A stretch of DNA of 23,600 nucleotides, from positions 19,695 to 43,294 of the forward strand of contig JAQGDQ010002431.1 in the NCBI GenBank assembly GCA_030141605.1, given 5' to 3'. Positions 1-8,375 of this stretch are shown in pieces (the stretch's first letter is position 1; every line of letters starts with the position of its first letter). This stretch comes from Tubiluchus corallicola (taxonomy: Eukaryota > Animalia > Priapulida). The translations under genes and the position numbers were made by a program. The notes under the pieces were generated by a model. It had not been told where the DNA came from. It ran no database searches and saw only the letters and a list, made by a program, of their open reading frames with translations.

Positions 1-153
1 GCATATTGATGAGTAGTTAATAATCGTCTTAACCTTTTATCAAAACTTGTTTTTAATATATTGGAGAGAAATGGCATTTTTAAGCAAGTTTTTAAACTAT
101 ATCTATAATGATAATTTCGTATTTGAGTTTTATTTTTTCCTGCCTCTTGCAAT

Positions 154-181
154 AAAAGGACTGCAAAGTTATTGTCCTTTT
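154..181 (-). terminator. Possible intrinsic terminator hairpin downstream of the nucleotidyltransferase gene
   Basis: AAAAGGAC (154-161) ... GTCCTTTT (174-181) inverted repeat with A/T-rich flanks, about 25 bp past the stop at 206. Confidence 0.4.
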
Positions 182-205
182 TATTTTGGATATTTTTTTT
201 ATTGA

Positions 206-1111
206 CTACGACCAAAGAGGAGTAGGATATACCCCTTGTTCTATCAATTTGTTAATGTCTTTTTGCACATTGGGTTTATCTTCGGGATAAGTTACCCCAA
301 ACCATCGACTAGTAGTGGGCAATACTTTCATTGCTCCCTTTTTCTTATCTATTATTTTATTAACTACTGTTGGAATGTAGAACTCACTTTTGGGCTTGTC
401 TTTGTTATCTTTGAGAAACTCTATAAACTCTGTTTCAAAAAGTGGCAATATAGTAGGAGTAAAGCCAAAAATATTCATCGATACAAAATCTTCTTCTTGC
501 AATGGATGTTCTGTATTTTCCTCACTGTAAACTATTTGTCCCTTATCTTTTCTGTATATGCTAGTTCTTTCTGTGATAGATTGGAGGTTATTATTACTAT
601 CTTTTTGGCAAACACCTCTCGATACTGAACCATTCTCAGACAGGGTGTATTGTAGCTGATAGCCTACCATATAATGAAGGCTTGTCTTATTTTGAGTTTC
701 TATAAGATGTTTAGCAATAGTAGCTATTGAGTTTCTTCCATAGAAATCGTCAGCATTAATAACTGCGAATGGAGTATCAAGTTTAGGAGCTGCTACAAGT
801 ACTGCGTGTCCTGTTCCCCAAGGTTTTACTCTACCTGCTGGGGGGCTAATTCCTTGAGGCAATAAATCGCTTTCTTGATATACGTAGTCTATCTCTATTT
901 GCCCATCGAATCTGTTGTCAAAAATTTTGCGAAATTGTTGTTCTATGTCTTTTCTTATTACAAATATTACTTTTCCGTACCCTGCTTGTATGGCATCATA
1001 GATGGAATAATCTATTATCATTTCACCATTAGGGCCAAAAGCATCTATTTGTTTAAGGCTCTTGTATCGCGAACCCATTCCTGCAGCAAGTATAAGCAAT
1101 GTCGGTTTCAT
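206..1111 (-). CDS. Sugar-phosphate nucleotidyltransferase (NTP_transferase / GT-A fold)
   Basis: N-terminal LILAAGMGSRY..LKQID motif, KPWGTGHAV, INADDFYG and WFGVTYPED. I prefer the ATG at 1111 (MKPTLL) over the GTG at 1153 because a -7 promoter box overlaps the latter. Confidence 0.9.
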   Translation of the reverse strand: MKPTLLILAAGMGSRYKSLKQIDAFGPNGEMIIDYSIYDAIQAGYGKVIFVIRKDIEQQFRKIFDNRFDGQIEIDYVYQESDLLPQGISPPAGRVKPWGTGHAVLVAAPKLDTPFAVINADDFYGRNSIATIAKHLIETQNKTSLHYMVGYQLQYTLSENGSVSRGVCQKDSNNNLQSITERTSIYRKDKGQIVYSEENTEHPLQEEDFVSMNIFGFTPTILPLFETEFIEFLKDNKDKPKSEFYIPTVVNKIIDKKKGAMKVLPTTSRWFGVTYPEDKPNVQKDINKLIEQGVYPTPLWS

Positions 1112-1150
1112 ACTATTTCTTTTTGTTGTTTTCTGTGATTTTTCATCCCA

Positions 1151-1158
1151 CAAAATTA
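1151..1158 (-). promoter_or_regulatory. Bacteroidota sigma-A -7 element (TAATTTTG)
   Basis: Matches the TAnnTTTG consensus, 40 bp upstream of the ATG at 1111. Confidence 0.5.
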
Positions 1159-1280
1159 GTATATTTTTTTATATCTATGTCTTGGAGATAGAAATTAGCT
1201 GGAAAATTATTAGTTGAAAAATACGATTGAAGAACTTTTATCTTCAAAACAGCAAGGCTATTAGTTCCTATTTCACCAAC

Positions 1281-1320
1281 AAAAAAACTGCTGTTTTACT
1301 TTTGAGAAAACAACAGTTTT
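1281..1320 (-). terminator. Intrinsic terminator of the LRR lipoprotein gene
   Basis: Minus-strand RNA AAAACUGUUGUUUU-9 nt loop-AAAACAGCAGUUUU (one G-U pair) ending in a U7 run, 33 bp after the stop at 1354. Confidence 0.7.
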
Positions 1321-1353
1321 ACAATTTTTACTATTACTTTAAATTGGTGTTAG

Positions 1354-3090
1354 TTAGTTGCAGTTCAAAATCTCATCAGGACTTTTGGGGTTGGAGCCGT
1401 TACTACTTATGGTAATGTCTCCTTCTATACCATTACTTTCCCATATTGATTTAATAGCACAGAAATCATTTAATATAGAGTTACTTCTTATATCCATATC
1501 CCCTTTTATGGTTTGCAAGTTTTCTAAACCAGATAACGAAGGTAGAGCATCATTATCATATATATCCATATACCCTCCTATGGATGTCAAACTCCCTAAG
1601 TCTAATGAAATTAGAGCATCATTTTCATATATACTCATATACCCTCCTATGGTTTGCAAGTTTTCTAAACCAGATAACGAAGTTAGAGCTTTATTATAAT
1701 ATATATACATATACCCTCCTATGGTTTGCAAACTCCCTAAGTCTAATGAACTTAGAGCATCATTATCATATATATACATATACCCTCCTATGGTTTGCAA
1801 ACTCTCTAAGTCTAACGAACTTAGAGCATCATTATATCTTATATCCATATACCCTCCTATGGTTTGCAAGTTTTCTAAACCAGATAACGAACTTAGAGCT
1901 TCATTATTATATATATCCATATCCCCTTCTATGGATGTCAAACTCCCTAAACCAGATAACGAAGGTAGAGCTTTATTACTACTTATACTCATATACCCTT
2001 TTATGGTTTGCAAGTTTCCTAAACCAGATAACGAACTTAGAGCTTCATTACTACTTATACTCATATACCCTCCTATGGTTTGCAAACTCCCTAAGCCTAA
2101 TGAACTTAGAGCTTCATTACTACTTATACTCATATACCCTCCTATGGTTTGCAAACTCCCTAAACCAGATAACGAAGGTAGAGCTTCATTACTACTTATA
2201 CTCATATACCCTCCTATGGTTTGCAAACTCCCTAAGCCTAATGAACTTAGAGCTTCATTACTTCTTATACTCATATACCCTCCTATGGTTTGCAAACTCC
2301 CTAAGCCTAATGAACTTAGAGCTTCATTACTACTTATACTCATATACCTTTCTATGAATGTCAAACTCCCTAAGTCTAATGAAATTAGAGCATCATTACC
2401 ATATATATACATATACCCTCCTATGGATGTCAAACTCCCTAAGCCAGATAACGAACTTAGAACATCATTACTATGTATATACATATCCCCTTCTATGGTT
2501 TGCAAGTTTTCTAAACCAGATAACGAAGTTAGAGCATTATTACTATTTATACTCAGACTCCCTTCTATGGTTTGTAAATTCTCTAATTCTGATAGCGAAC
2601 TAAGAGAAGTATTATAACAACTAAAACTACCAACTTGTTCTATATCAACTAAAGGAGCAAGAGATGTAATATCAGTTCCTCGTAAAAAAAGGCTCCCAAG
2701 AATTCTGGTATAGCCTTTCTCTCCAAATTCATTTACTGCATCTTGTGAGAACAACGATATGTCGCCATAAAATATGGTATTTCCTTCTCCACCACCTTCT
2801 CCACCACCTTCTCCACCACCTTCTCCACCACCTTCTCCACCACCTTCTCCACCACCTTCTCCACCGCCTTCTCCACCGCCTTCTCCACCACCTTCCCCAC
2901 CACCTTCTCCACCACCTTCTCCACCGCCTTCTCCACCACCTTCCCCACCGCCTTCTCCACCACCTTCTCCACCACCTTCTGTTAGTTCATCTCCATTTCC
3001 TACTGTTAGTTCATCTTTTTTACAGGAAGAGAACATAAGCAAGCAAATAAACATTCCAATCACTGTAGTTAGCAAATAAGTCTTTTTCAT
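1354..3090 (-). CDS. Surface lipoprotein with Gly/Glu stalk and 16 leucine-rich (receptor L-domain-like) repeats
   Basis: Signal peptide II with lipobox FSSC (Cys23), then KKDE resembling the Bacteroidota lipoprotein export signal. Next come (EGGG)16, an N-cap [15 protein letters not shown], 16 repeats of consensus LxSL(SG/D/G)LxxLxxIxGYMxIxxNxA, and a C-cap LNDFC...NP...C. Confidence 0.88.
   Translation of the reverse strand: MKKTYLLTTVIGMFICLLMFSSCKKDELTVGNGDELTEGGGEGGGEGGGEGGGEGGGEGGGEGGGEGGGEGGGEGGGEGGGEGGGEGGGEGGGEGGGEGGGEGNTIFYGDISLFSQDAVNEFGEKGYTRILGSLFLRGTDITSLAPLVDIEQVGSFSCYNTSLSSLSELENLQTIEGSLSINSNNALTSLSGLENLQTIEGDMYIHSNDVLSSLSGLGSLTSIGGYMYIYGNDALISLDLGSLTFIERYMSISSNEALSSLGLGSLQTIGGYMSIRSNEALSSLGLGSLQTIGGYMSISSNEALPSLSGLGSLQTIGGYMSISSNEALSSLGLGSLQTIGGYMSISSNEALSSLSGLGNLQTIKGYMSISSNKALPSLSGLGSLTSIEGDMDIYNNEALSSLSGLENLQTIGGYMDIRYNDALSSLDLESLQTIGGYMYIYDNDALSSLDLGSLQTIGGYMYIYYNKALTSLSGLENLQTIGGYMSIYENDALISLDLGSLTSIGGYMDIYDNDALPSLSGLENLQTIKGDMDIRSNSILNDFCAIKSIWESNGIEGDITISSNGSNPKSPDEILNCN
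1474..2604 (-). repeat. Intragenic tandem array of 16 units (nine of 72 bp, seven of 69 bp)
   Basis: Units parsed from the translation. Units 2182-2250 and 2041-2109 are identical in DNA, and unit 2251-2319 differs from them by 1 nt. Confidence 0.95.
2785..2976 (-). repeat. 12-bp VNTR, (TTCTCCACCACC)x16 on +, encoding (GGGE)16
   Basis: 16 contiguous units. Five (at 2857, 2869, 2893, 2917, 2941) carry only synonymous Gly-codon changes in the minus-strand frame. Confidence 0.97.
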
Positions 3091-3212
3091 TTTTTTTTTT
3101 TATGTTTGTAAAATGTGTTCCTATAGCAAAGAAAAACAATTTTAAGAAGAAAAAAAATTATGTTCTTTTTGTGCAAAATTTGGACATAAATACGATTTTA
3201 ATGAGAAGTGTG

Positions 3213-4310
3213 TTACTGTTTCTTTCGCTTCAACTTTCCAAGGATAAACCCAATGTAAAAAGGTATTCCAAATAATACTATAATAAGTAAAATGAAATAG
3301 ATGATGGTTTTTTTTATAAGAGTTATTACATTGTCAAATATAGAATCTATTGCTGCTTGCCTAGCATTATCTACATCTTTTATTATAATTTCTTGTTTGT
3401 CTAATATTTTTACTATTGTGGAGTCTAATTGAAGTGTAAAAGACTGCACTGTATGATTTAAGTTGTCGTTGAGGTTTTTTATTGTAAGACTCATTAATTC
3501 TTCTAATTTTTCTGGAGCTATCTCTGATATGGCAACTAATTTTTGAGAAAATGCTGTAAGTTTTTCTAAATGTTCTTGTGTATTACCTTTAAAGTCTTCT
3601 AAAGTTATGGCCAATATATCTTTTTGCCATTGCAAGTTTGTGTATACTTGATTGTTGTATAAGGCTATTCTATCTACAAGGTCTGCTACGACCTCACTTT
3701 CTGTACCAACTGATGTATTAATAAAAGTACTATCTATGGACTCATCCATTATCTCCTTCCATTTGTGCGTAACTGTATTATGGGGAAAGGCTATAGTATA
3801 AAATGGATTTTTTTGGGTATATTGGGTTATGAATGCTTTTAGTTTTGCAAACTCGTTTTTGGAGTAATACTTTGATGCAATTTGTTCTATATCTATTACC
3901 AGCTCTTCAAAAATAGGAATAATTCTAGGTTGGTATTTTCCAAATATATTAGTGGTATCTGTTTCTTCTATAAGAAAAGTTATTTGTTCCGCAAATGCCC
4001 AGGTATCTATCAGAGCTGTGTGGGGTGAAGTTTGATAGGCTCTATTGTTTATTGCTTTTTGTACCTTGACCTTAAAAAGCAGAGCGTTTACTTTAATTCT
4101 TTTATCCGTTGTTAAAACAAAGACACTGTCAGAGACTTTTTCTGTTATTTCTTTAAAATATGTAGCAAATTCTCTTGTTTCGCTTCTTATTACTTTTTCT
4201 TTGTAGGTAAGTGGAGTAGAGCCAAACTCTATCTCATATTTCAAGAGCGAACAGGAGGGTAATAAGAGTAATAACAGAATAAGGATATAGTTTATTATAA
4301 ACTTGCACAT
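3213..4310 (-). CDS. Hypothetical lipoprotein with C-terminal transmembrane helix
   Basis: 365-aa ORF. Hydrophobic N-terminus ending LLPSC (Cys20), helical-looking body, C-terminal hydrophobic stretch IIYFILLIIVLFGIPFYIGFILG followed by KLKRKKQ. Confidence 0.75.
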   Translation of the reverse strand: MCKFIINYILILLLLLLPSCSLLKYEIEFGSTPLTYKEKVIRSETREFATYFKEITEKVSDSVFVLTTDKRIKVNALLFKVKVQKAINNRAYQTSPHTALIDTWAFAEQITFLIEETDTTNIFGKYQPRIIPIFEELVIDIEQIASKYYSKNEFAKLKAFITQYTQKNPFYTIAFPHNTVTHKWKEIMDESIDSTFINTSVGTESEVVADLVDRIALYNNQVYTNLQWQKDILAITLEDFKGNTQEHLEKLTAFSQKLVAISEIAPEKLEELMSLTIKNLNDNLNHTVQSFTLQLDSTIVKILDKQEIIIKDVDNARQAAIDSIFDNVITLIKKTIIYFILLIIVLFGIPFYIGFILGKLKRKKQ

Positions 4311-4331
4311 TGTTTTCTATATGTTTTATAT

Positions 4332-5228
4332 CTACACGTGTCTTTGGATTTTTTCAGGGTATATGTCTTTGAGTGTTATAAGTATTCCTGTTTCCTCTAC
4401 ATCTCCAAATTTTATATTTTTTGCTGCACCAAATGTCTTCATTGTGGGTGATAGGTTCATATAAGAATTGACAAGTGGGGGTATGTTTTCCCCTATTTCT
4501 TTTATTTCTTGATGTAGTATTTTTTTATCTTGTTCATAGCTGTTCGTAAATATATCTTTGAGGTGTGTGTAGTTTACTTTTAAGTCTCTTTTTGGTGCAA
4601 TAAGATTTTTTGTATCTGGAAAATGTTCGCGAAAGAAGGTATAAAGTAGGTCTTTCCCTTTATAATTGTTATATATTGTTACTTTTCCGAAATAGTATTT
4701 TGTATTTGGAGCCTTCCGCCACAATGCCAAAAGCCCATCCCACAGGTTGTCTAATACAAATAGTCCTTTTCGCAGGCTTTGTGTAGCTTGATATTCTGCG
4801 GAGACAAATGAACGCCCAAGTTCCATAGTGTAAGGCAAATATTTTTTGAGAAATTTTTCTGAAAAATCAAATAGATGCGAAGTTGCAAAGTCTGGCTCGT
4901 TGTTAGAATTAATACCTATATTACTACAGTTTTTGAAACGATAACCTCCAAGTATTTTTTCTTCTTCAGGGTCCCAAACAATGAGTTGTTGGTAGGGAGT
5001 CTTTGAGGTATCATAGTCATCTAAATCTATGGCTTTACCTGTTCCTCCTCCTGCATCTCTAAATGCTATTTCTCTAAGCCTTCCTATTTCTCTAGTAGTG
5101 TAGGGCGAATTGTGGTAGTCTATAATATATATTTCATTGTTGGCCTTATTAGTTTTGCGTAAAAATCTTTTTGTGGTAAGTTCTTTTTGTATCTCATACG
5201 TAGGTATAGGCGCTATTACTTCTTCCAT
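4332..5228 (-). CDS. glsB: GNAT-fold amino-acid lipid N-acyltransferase (OlsB/GlsB family, often annotated 'hemolysin')
   Basis: Motifs EIGRLREIAFRDAGGGTGK, YQQLIVWD...ILGGYRF, ELGRSFV, LDNLWDGL and IPPLVNSYMNLSP, as I recall from Bacteroides glycine-lipid synthase GlsB. Confidence 0.8.
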   Translation of the reverse strand: MEEVIAPIPTYEIQKELTTKRFLRKTNKANNEIYIIDYHNSPYTTREIGRLREIAFRDAGGGTGKAIDLDDYDTSKTPYQQLIVWDPEEEKILGGYRFKNCSNIGINSNNEPDFATSHLFDFSEKFLKKYLPYTMELGRSFVSAEYQATQSLRKGLFVLDNLWDGLLALWRKAPNTKYYFGKVTIYNNYKGKDLLYTFFREHFPDTKNLIAPKRDLKVNYTHLKDIFTNSYEQDKKILHQEIKEIGENIPPLVNSYMNLSPTMKTFGAAKNIKFGDVEETGILITLKDIYPEKIQRHV

Positions 5229-5926
5229 ATCTGAGGTTGTGTTGTTGAAGTATTTTTCATTATTTTTCCTCCTAAACTTGTTTTTTGCTCTATCGTTTCT
5301 GGATCTCCTATATAGTTTATTTGTGCGCTTGTACTGGCATTGGCTATTAGTTTTTTATAGGTATTTATGTATGCTTCTGCACCCGAAGCTGCTTGTATAA
5401 TAGTTTCTTTTGCTTCTAATTCTTCGGCTGTAAATGTAGCCCCTGTATTGACAAGTATATCTTGATAATTGGCATAACCATATAGGTCTACATCAGAGCC
5501 TTGCTTGGCTTTTATGTCAAGGTTTCCTACATCTATGCGTGTCTGTATCTTAGAGCCGCTTAGAGCCATTAATTCTAAATAAGGTTGTTTTATGATAGAT
5601 TGGTTGAGAATAAGAGCCTTATTTTTGGCAGTTATTCCTTGTAAGCTTGTGTAAGTGATATATATCGTAATATCTGTTCTTTGAAATATTCCTTTTTTGG
5701 CTGTTATATAAAGTGTATTTTTTTTTGTTTCTGTAATTATTAAGTTGAGATTTTTTTCTTCAGATGTTATTCTTAAACTTTCTTCTGTTCCTTTTTTCAG
5801 TTGTATAGTAAATATTCCATTGGCTTCTATTTTTTGAAAAGAAGATATTTTTCTTATTTGCTCATTTTTTTGAGCTTGATTATTGATGCTTATTATTGCT
5901 AAGAATAATATAATAAATGCTCTCAT
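5216..5926 (-). CDS. DUF2807 / head GIN domain-containing exported protein
   Basis: Signal peptide, RKISSFQKIEANGIFTI start, repeated beta-helix-like A.SG(S/A).I units and ANASTSAQINYIGDP. Overlaps the next gene by 13 bp. Confidence 0.82.
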   Translation of the reverse strand: MRAFIILFLAIISINNQAQKNEQIRKISSFQKIEANGIFTIQLKKGTEESLRITSEEKNLNLIITETKKNTLYITAKKGIFQRTDITIYITYTSLQGITAKNKALILNQSIIKQPYLELMALSGSKIQTRIDVGNLDIKAKQGSDVDLYGYANYQDILVNTGATFTAEELEAKETIIQAASGAEAYINTYKKLIANASTSAQINYIGDPETIEQKTSLGGKIMKNTSTTQPQIWKK

Positions 5927-5964
5927 TCTTTATATTTTATAACGTTTTCTTCATATTGTAATTG

Positions 5965-5972
5965 CAAAAATA
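5965..5972 (-). promoter_or_regulatory. -7 element (TATTTTTG) for the DUF2807-glsB-lipoprotein unit
   Basis: TAnnTTTG match about 40 bp upstream of the ATG at 5926. Confidence 0.45.
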
Positions 5973-6029
5973 TGATTTTAGTATGACAAATAAAAATGTG
6001 TTTCTATTATTCTTTGGTATAAAAGTTTT

Positions 6030-6037
6030 TATTTTTG
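6030..6037 (+). promoter_or_regulatory. -7 element (TATTTTTG) for MMPL-polyprenyl synthase
   Basis: TAnnTTTG match 38 bp upstream of the ATG at 6075. Confidence 0.45.
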
Positions 6038-6074
6038 TGGCATCTTTATATTGTTGTACGGATTTAACGTAAAT

Positions 6075-8375
6075 ATGTGGGTTTCTATTGCGGGAATTAT
6101 TTTAAGGTACAGAATTTTCATTCTATTTGTTCTGATAGGTATAACAGCTTATATGTTTTATAAGATGCACTCTGTCGAGTATTCTTATAAATATACCCAT
6201 ATTCTACCTAAGAAGGATAAAGCTTATGAAGAATATGAGCAGTTTAAAGAAATCTTCGATGAAGGAGGAAATAATATAGTTATAGGAGTAGAAGATAGTG
6301 TTTTCTTTGAGTTAAAGAAGTTTAGTGATTTTCAAAGGCTTGTAAATAAGTTAAAAGAAATTGAGGGGATAGATAATGTGCTGTATGTAGGTAATATTTT
6401 TGACTTGAAGCACGATAGTGTCACTAAGAAGTTTGTAATGGAAAAAGTTTTGGAGAATACTCCTAAAAATCAAAAGGAGTTAGATATCTTCAAACAACGG
6501 CTAAAAAATTTACCTTTTTATGCTGATTATATGTTTAAGGATTCATTGGATAAGCACTTGATGGTTGTATCTTTGAATAGGAAGCTTCTGGAGAGTAAAA
6601 GACGTGAAGGCTTAATTGAAGACATTTTAAAAACTACAGCTGATTTTTCCAAAAAACATAATATAGAGTTGCACTATTCTGGCTTGCCTTATATTAGAAT
6701 TGTTACGGCTAAAATGGTGAAGAAGGAATTGAATATTTTTATTTTTCTGGCTCTGGGAGTAATGGCCGTTATTCTTTACTTGCTTTTTCGTTCTGCTAGG
6801 ATTGTTTTCTTAGCCTTGGTAGTTGTAAGTGTAAGTGTAGTTTGGGCAATGGGGAGTTTGAGCTTATTGGGATATAAAATCAATCTTTTAACAGGTATTG
6901 TACCCACATTATTAATTGTAATAGGTGTCCCTAATTTTGTGTTCCTACTGAATAAATACCACAACGAATATCAGCGGCATAGAAATAGAATTAAGGCATT
7001 ACAACGGATGATTATTAAAATTGGGGGAGCTATTTTTCTTACTAATTTGACAACAGCTACTGGTTTTGCTGCTTTTATCGTAACAAGTTCTAAGATATTA
7101 CGGGAGTTTGGCGTAATAGCCTCTATAAATATTATGGGCATATTTTTTCTGTCACTAACCTTAGTTCCTATTGTGTTTAGTTTGGCTACACCTCCAAAGG
7201 AACGCCATATTTATCATCTGAACAATAGGCTTTTTAGCTTTACGATTGAGAAAATAATTAGTGTAGTGCTTAATCATAGAACAAAAGTGTATGTTTTAAC
7301 AGCTTTGTTTTTTATAAGTGCCATAGTAGGTATTAGTCTGTTAAAAACTACAGGTTTTGTAATAGATGATATTCCTCATGATAATAGAACTTATACTGAT
7401 TTTAAATTTTTTGAACAAAACTTTGGAGGTATTATTCCATTAGAAGTAATAGTGGATAGTAAGAAAAAAAGAGGTGTTAATCAACTATCTACTTTAAAAT
7501 CTATGGATAAATTAGATGAAGCACTGAAAGAAGTTCCGGAATTGTCTCGTTCTACTTCCATTTTAGACGCTTATCGCTTTACTACACAAGCATACTACAA
7601 TAATAATAATAAATATTATCGTTTGCCCACCCGCAATGAACAAATGTTTATTAGCAAATACTTGTCTGAGGGCGATAGCTTGGGTGTGGTGAACGCCTTT
7701 GTAGACTCTACAAGACGTGTAGCAAGAATGCAGTATTTTGTGGAAGATGTGGGAACATATAAAATGGCCAATTTGTATGACAAAATTGTAGCTATTGTTG
7801 ATGGAATACTGCCAAAAGAAAAATTTAATGTGAATATTACAGGCGAAAGTGTTCTTTTTTTCAAAGGAAATAAATATTTAACACGGAATCTGCTATTGAG
7901 TTTGTCTATAGCTATAGTGCTGATTGCGTGTTTTATGGCAATGCTATTGTCTTCTTTACGTATGGTTTTCATTGCAATGATTGCCAACCTATTGCCACTA
8001 ATTTTCATTGCCGCTATTATGGGGTATTTTAATATTCCTGTTAAAGTCTCTACTATCTTAGTTTTTAGTATTGCTTTTGGTATTTCAGTAGACGATACAA
8101 TTCATTTTTTAGCAAAATATAGACAAGAGTTAAAAGAAACGGGAGGGAGTGTAAATTCTTCTATTATACTGGCATTGCGAGAAACAGGTGTAAGTATGAT
8201 ATATACTTCTATTATCTTGTTTTTTGGATTTGGTATTTTTGTTATTTCTGAGTTTGGAGGTACCGTAGCTCTGGGTGTATTAGTTGCTACCACCATCTTA
8301 ATTGCTGTTTTCTCTAACTTGGTTTTTCTTCCTTCTCTTATTTTGACTTTTATCAAAAATAAAAAGCTGGTATGA
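6075..8375 (+). CDS. MMPL/RND family transporter (HAE3-like)
   Basis: Duplicated architecture of TM1, large periplasmic loop and TM bundle. Motifs YSGLPYIR, LTNLTTATGF, ITGESV and AFGISVDDTIHFL. I prefer the ATG at 6075 over the TTG at 6051. Confidence 0.9.
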   Translation: MWVSIAGIILRYRIFILFVLIGITAYMFYKMHSVEYSYKYTHILPKKDKAYEEYEQFKEIFDEGGNNIVIGVEDSVFFELKKFSDFQRLVNKLKEIEGIDNVLYVGNIFDLKHDSVTKKFVMEKVLENTPKNQKELDIFKQRLKNLPFYADYMFKDSLDKHLMVVSLNRKLLESKRREGLIEDILKTTADFSKKHNIELHYSGLPYIRIVTAKMVKKELNIFIFLALGVMAVILYLLFRSARIVFLALVVVSVSVVWAMGSLSLLGYKINLLTGIVPTLLIVIGVPNFVFLLNKYHNEYQRHRNRIKALQRMIIKIGGAIFLTNLTTATGFAAFIVTSSKILREFGVIASINIMGIFFLSLTLVPIVFSLATPPKERHIYHLNNRLFSFTIEKIISVVLNHRTKVYVLTALFFISAIVGISLLKTTGFVIDDIPHDNRTYTDFKFFEQNFGGIIPLEVIVDSKKKRGVNQLSTLKSMDKLDEALKEVPELSRSTSILDAYRFTTQAYYNNNNKYYRLPTRNEQMFISKYLSEGDSLGVVNAFVDSTRRVARMQYFVEDVGTYKMANLYDKIVAIVDGILPKEKFNVNITGESVLFFKGNKYLTRNLLLSLSIAIVLIACFMAMLLSSLRMVFIAMIANLLPLIFIAAIMGYFNIPVKVSTILVFSIAFGISVDDTIHFLAKYRQELKETGGSVNSSIILALRETGVSMIYTSIILFFGFGIFVISEFGGTVALGVLVATTILIAVFSNLVFLPSLILTFIKNKKLV

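Noticed and set aside
1474-2604. CRISPR array (regular 69-72 bp periodicity)
   Set aside because: The whole unit is conserved with no unique spacers, unit lengths are multiples of 3 inside one open frame, and there are no cas genes.
1474-2604. Diversity-generating retroelement target (variable codons are mostly NNT, derivable from AAT by adenine mutagenesis)
   Set aside because: There is no reverse transcriptase or non-coding template repeat in the window. Many adenines in the units are invariant, AGA and GAA variants also occur, and NNT is expected in an AT-rich genome. A remote RT/TR could only be excluded by a genome search.
1358-2617. Long + strand ORFs (1358-1699, 1584-2357, 1721-2617, 2358-2603)
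   Set aside because: These are antisense shadows kept open by the repeat periodicity. The minus-strand frame has the lipobox, caps and terminator.
2733-3079. Extensin-like (SPPP)n, poly-(LLHH) and (VVEK)n ORFs
   Set aside because: They are alternative frames of the 12-bp VNTR, lying entirely within the lipoprotein gene.
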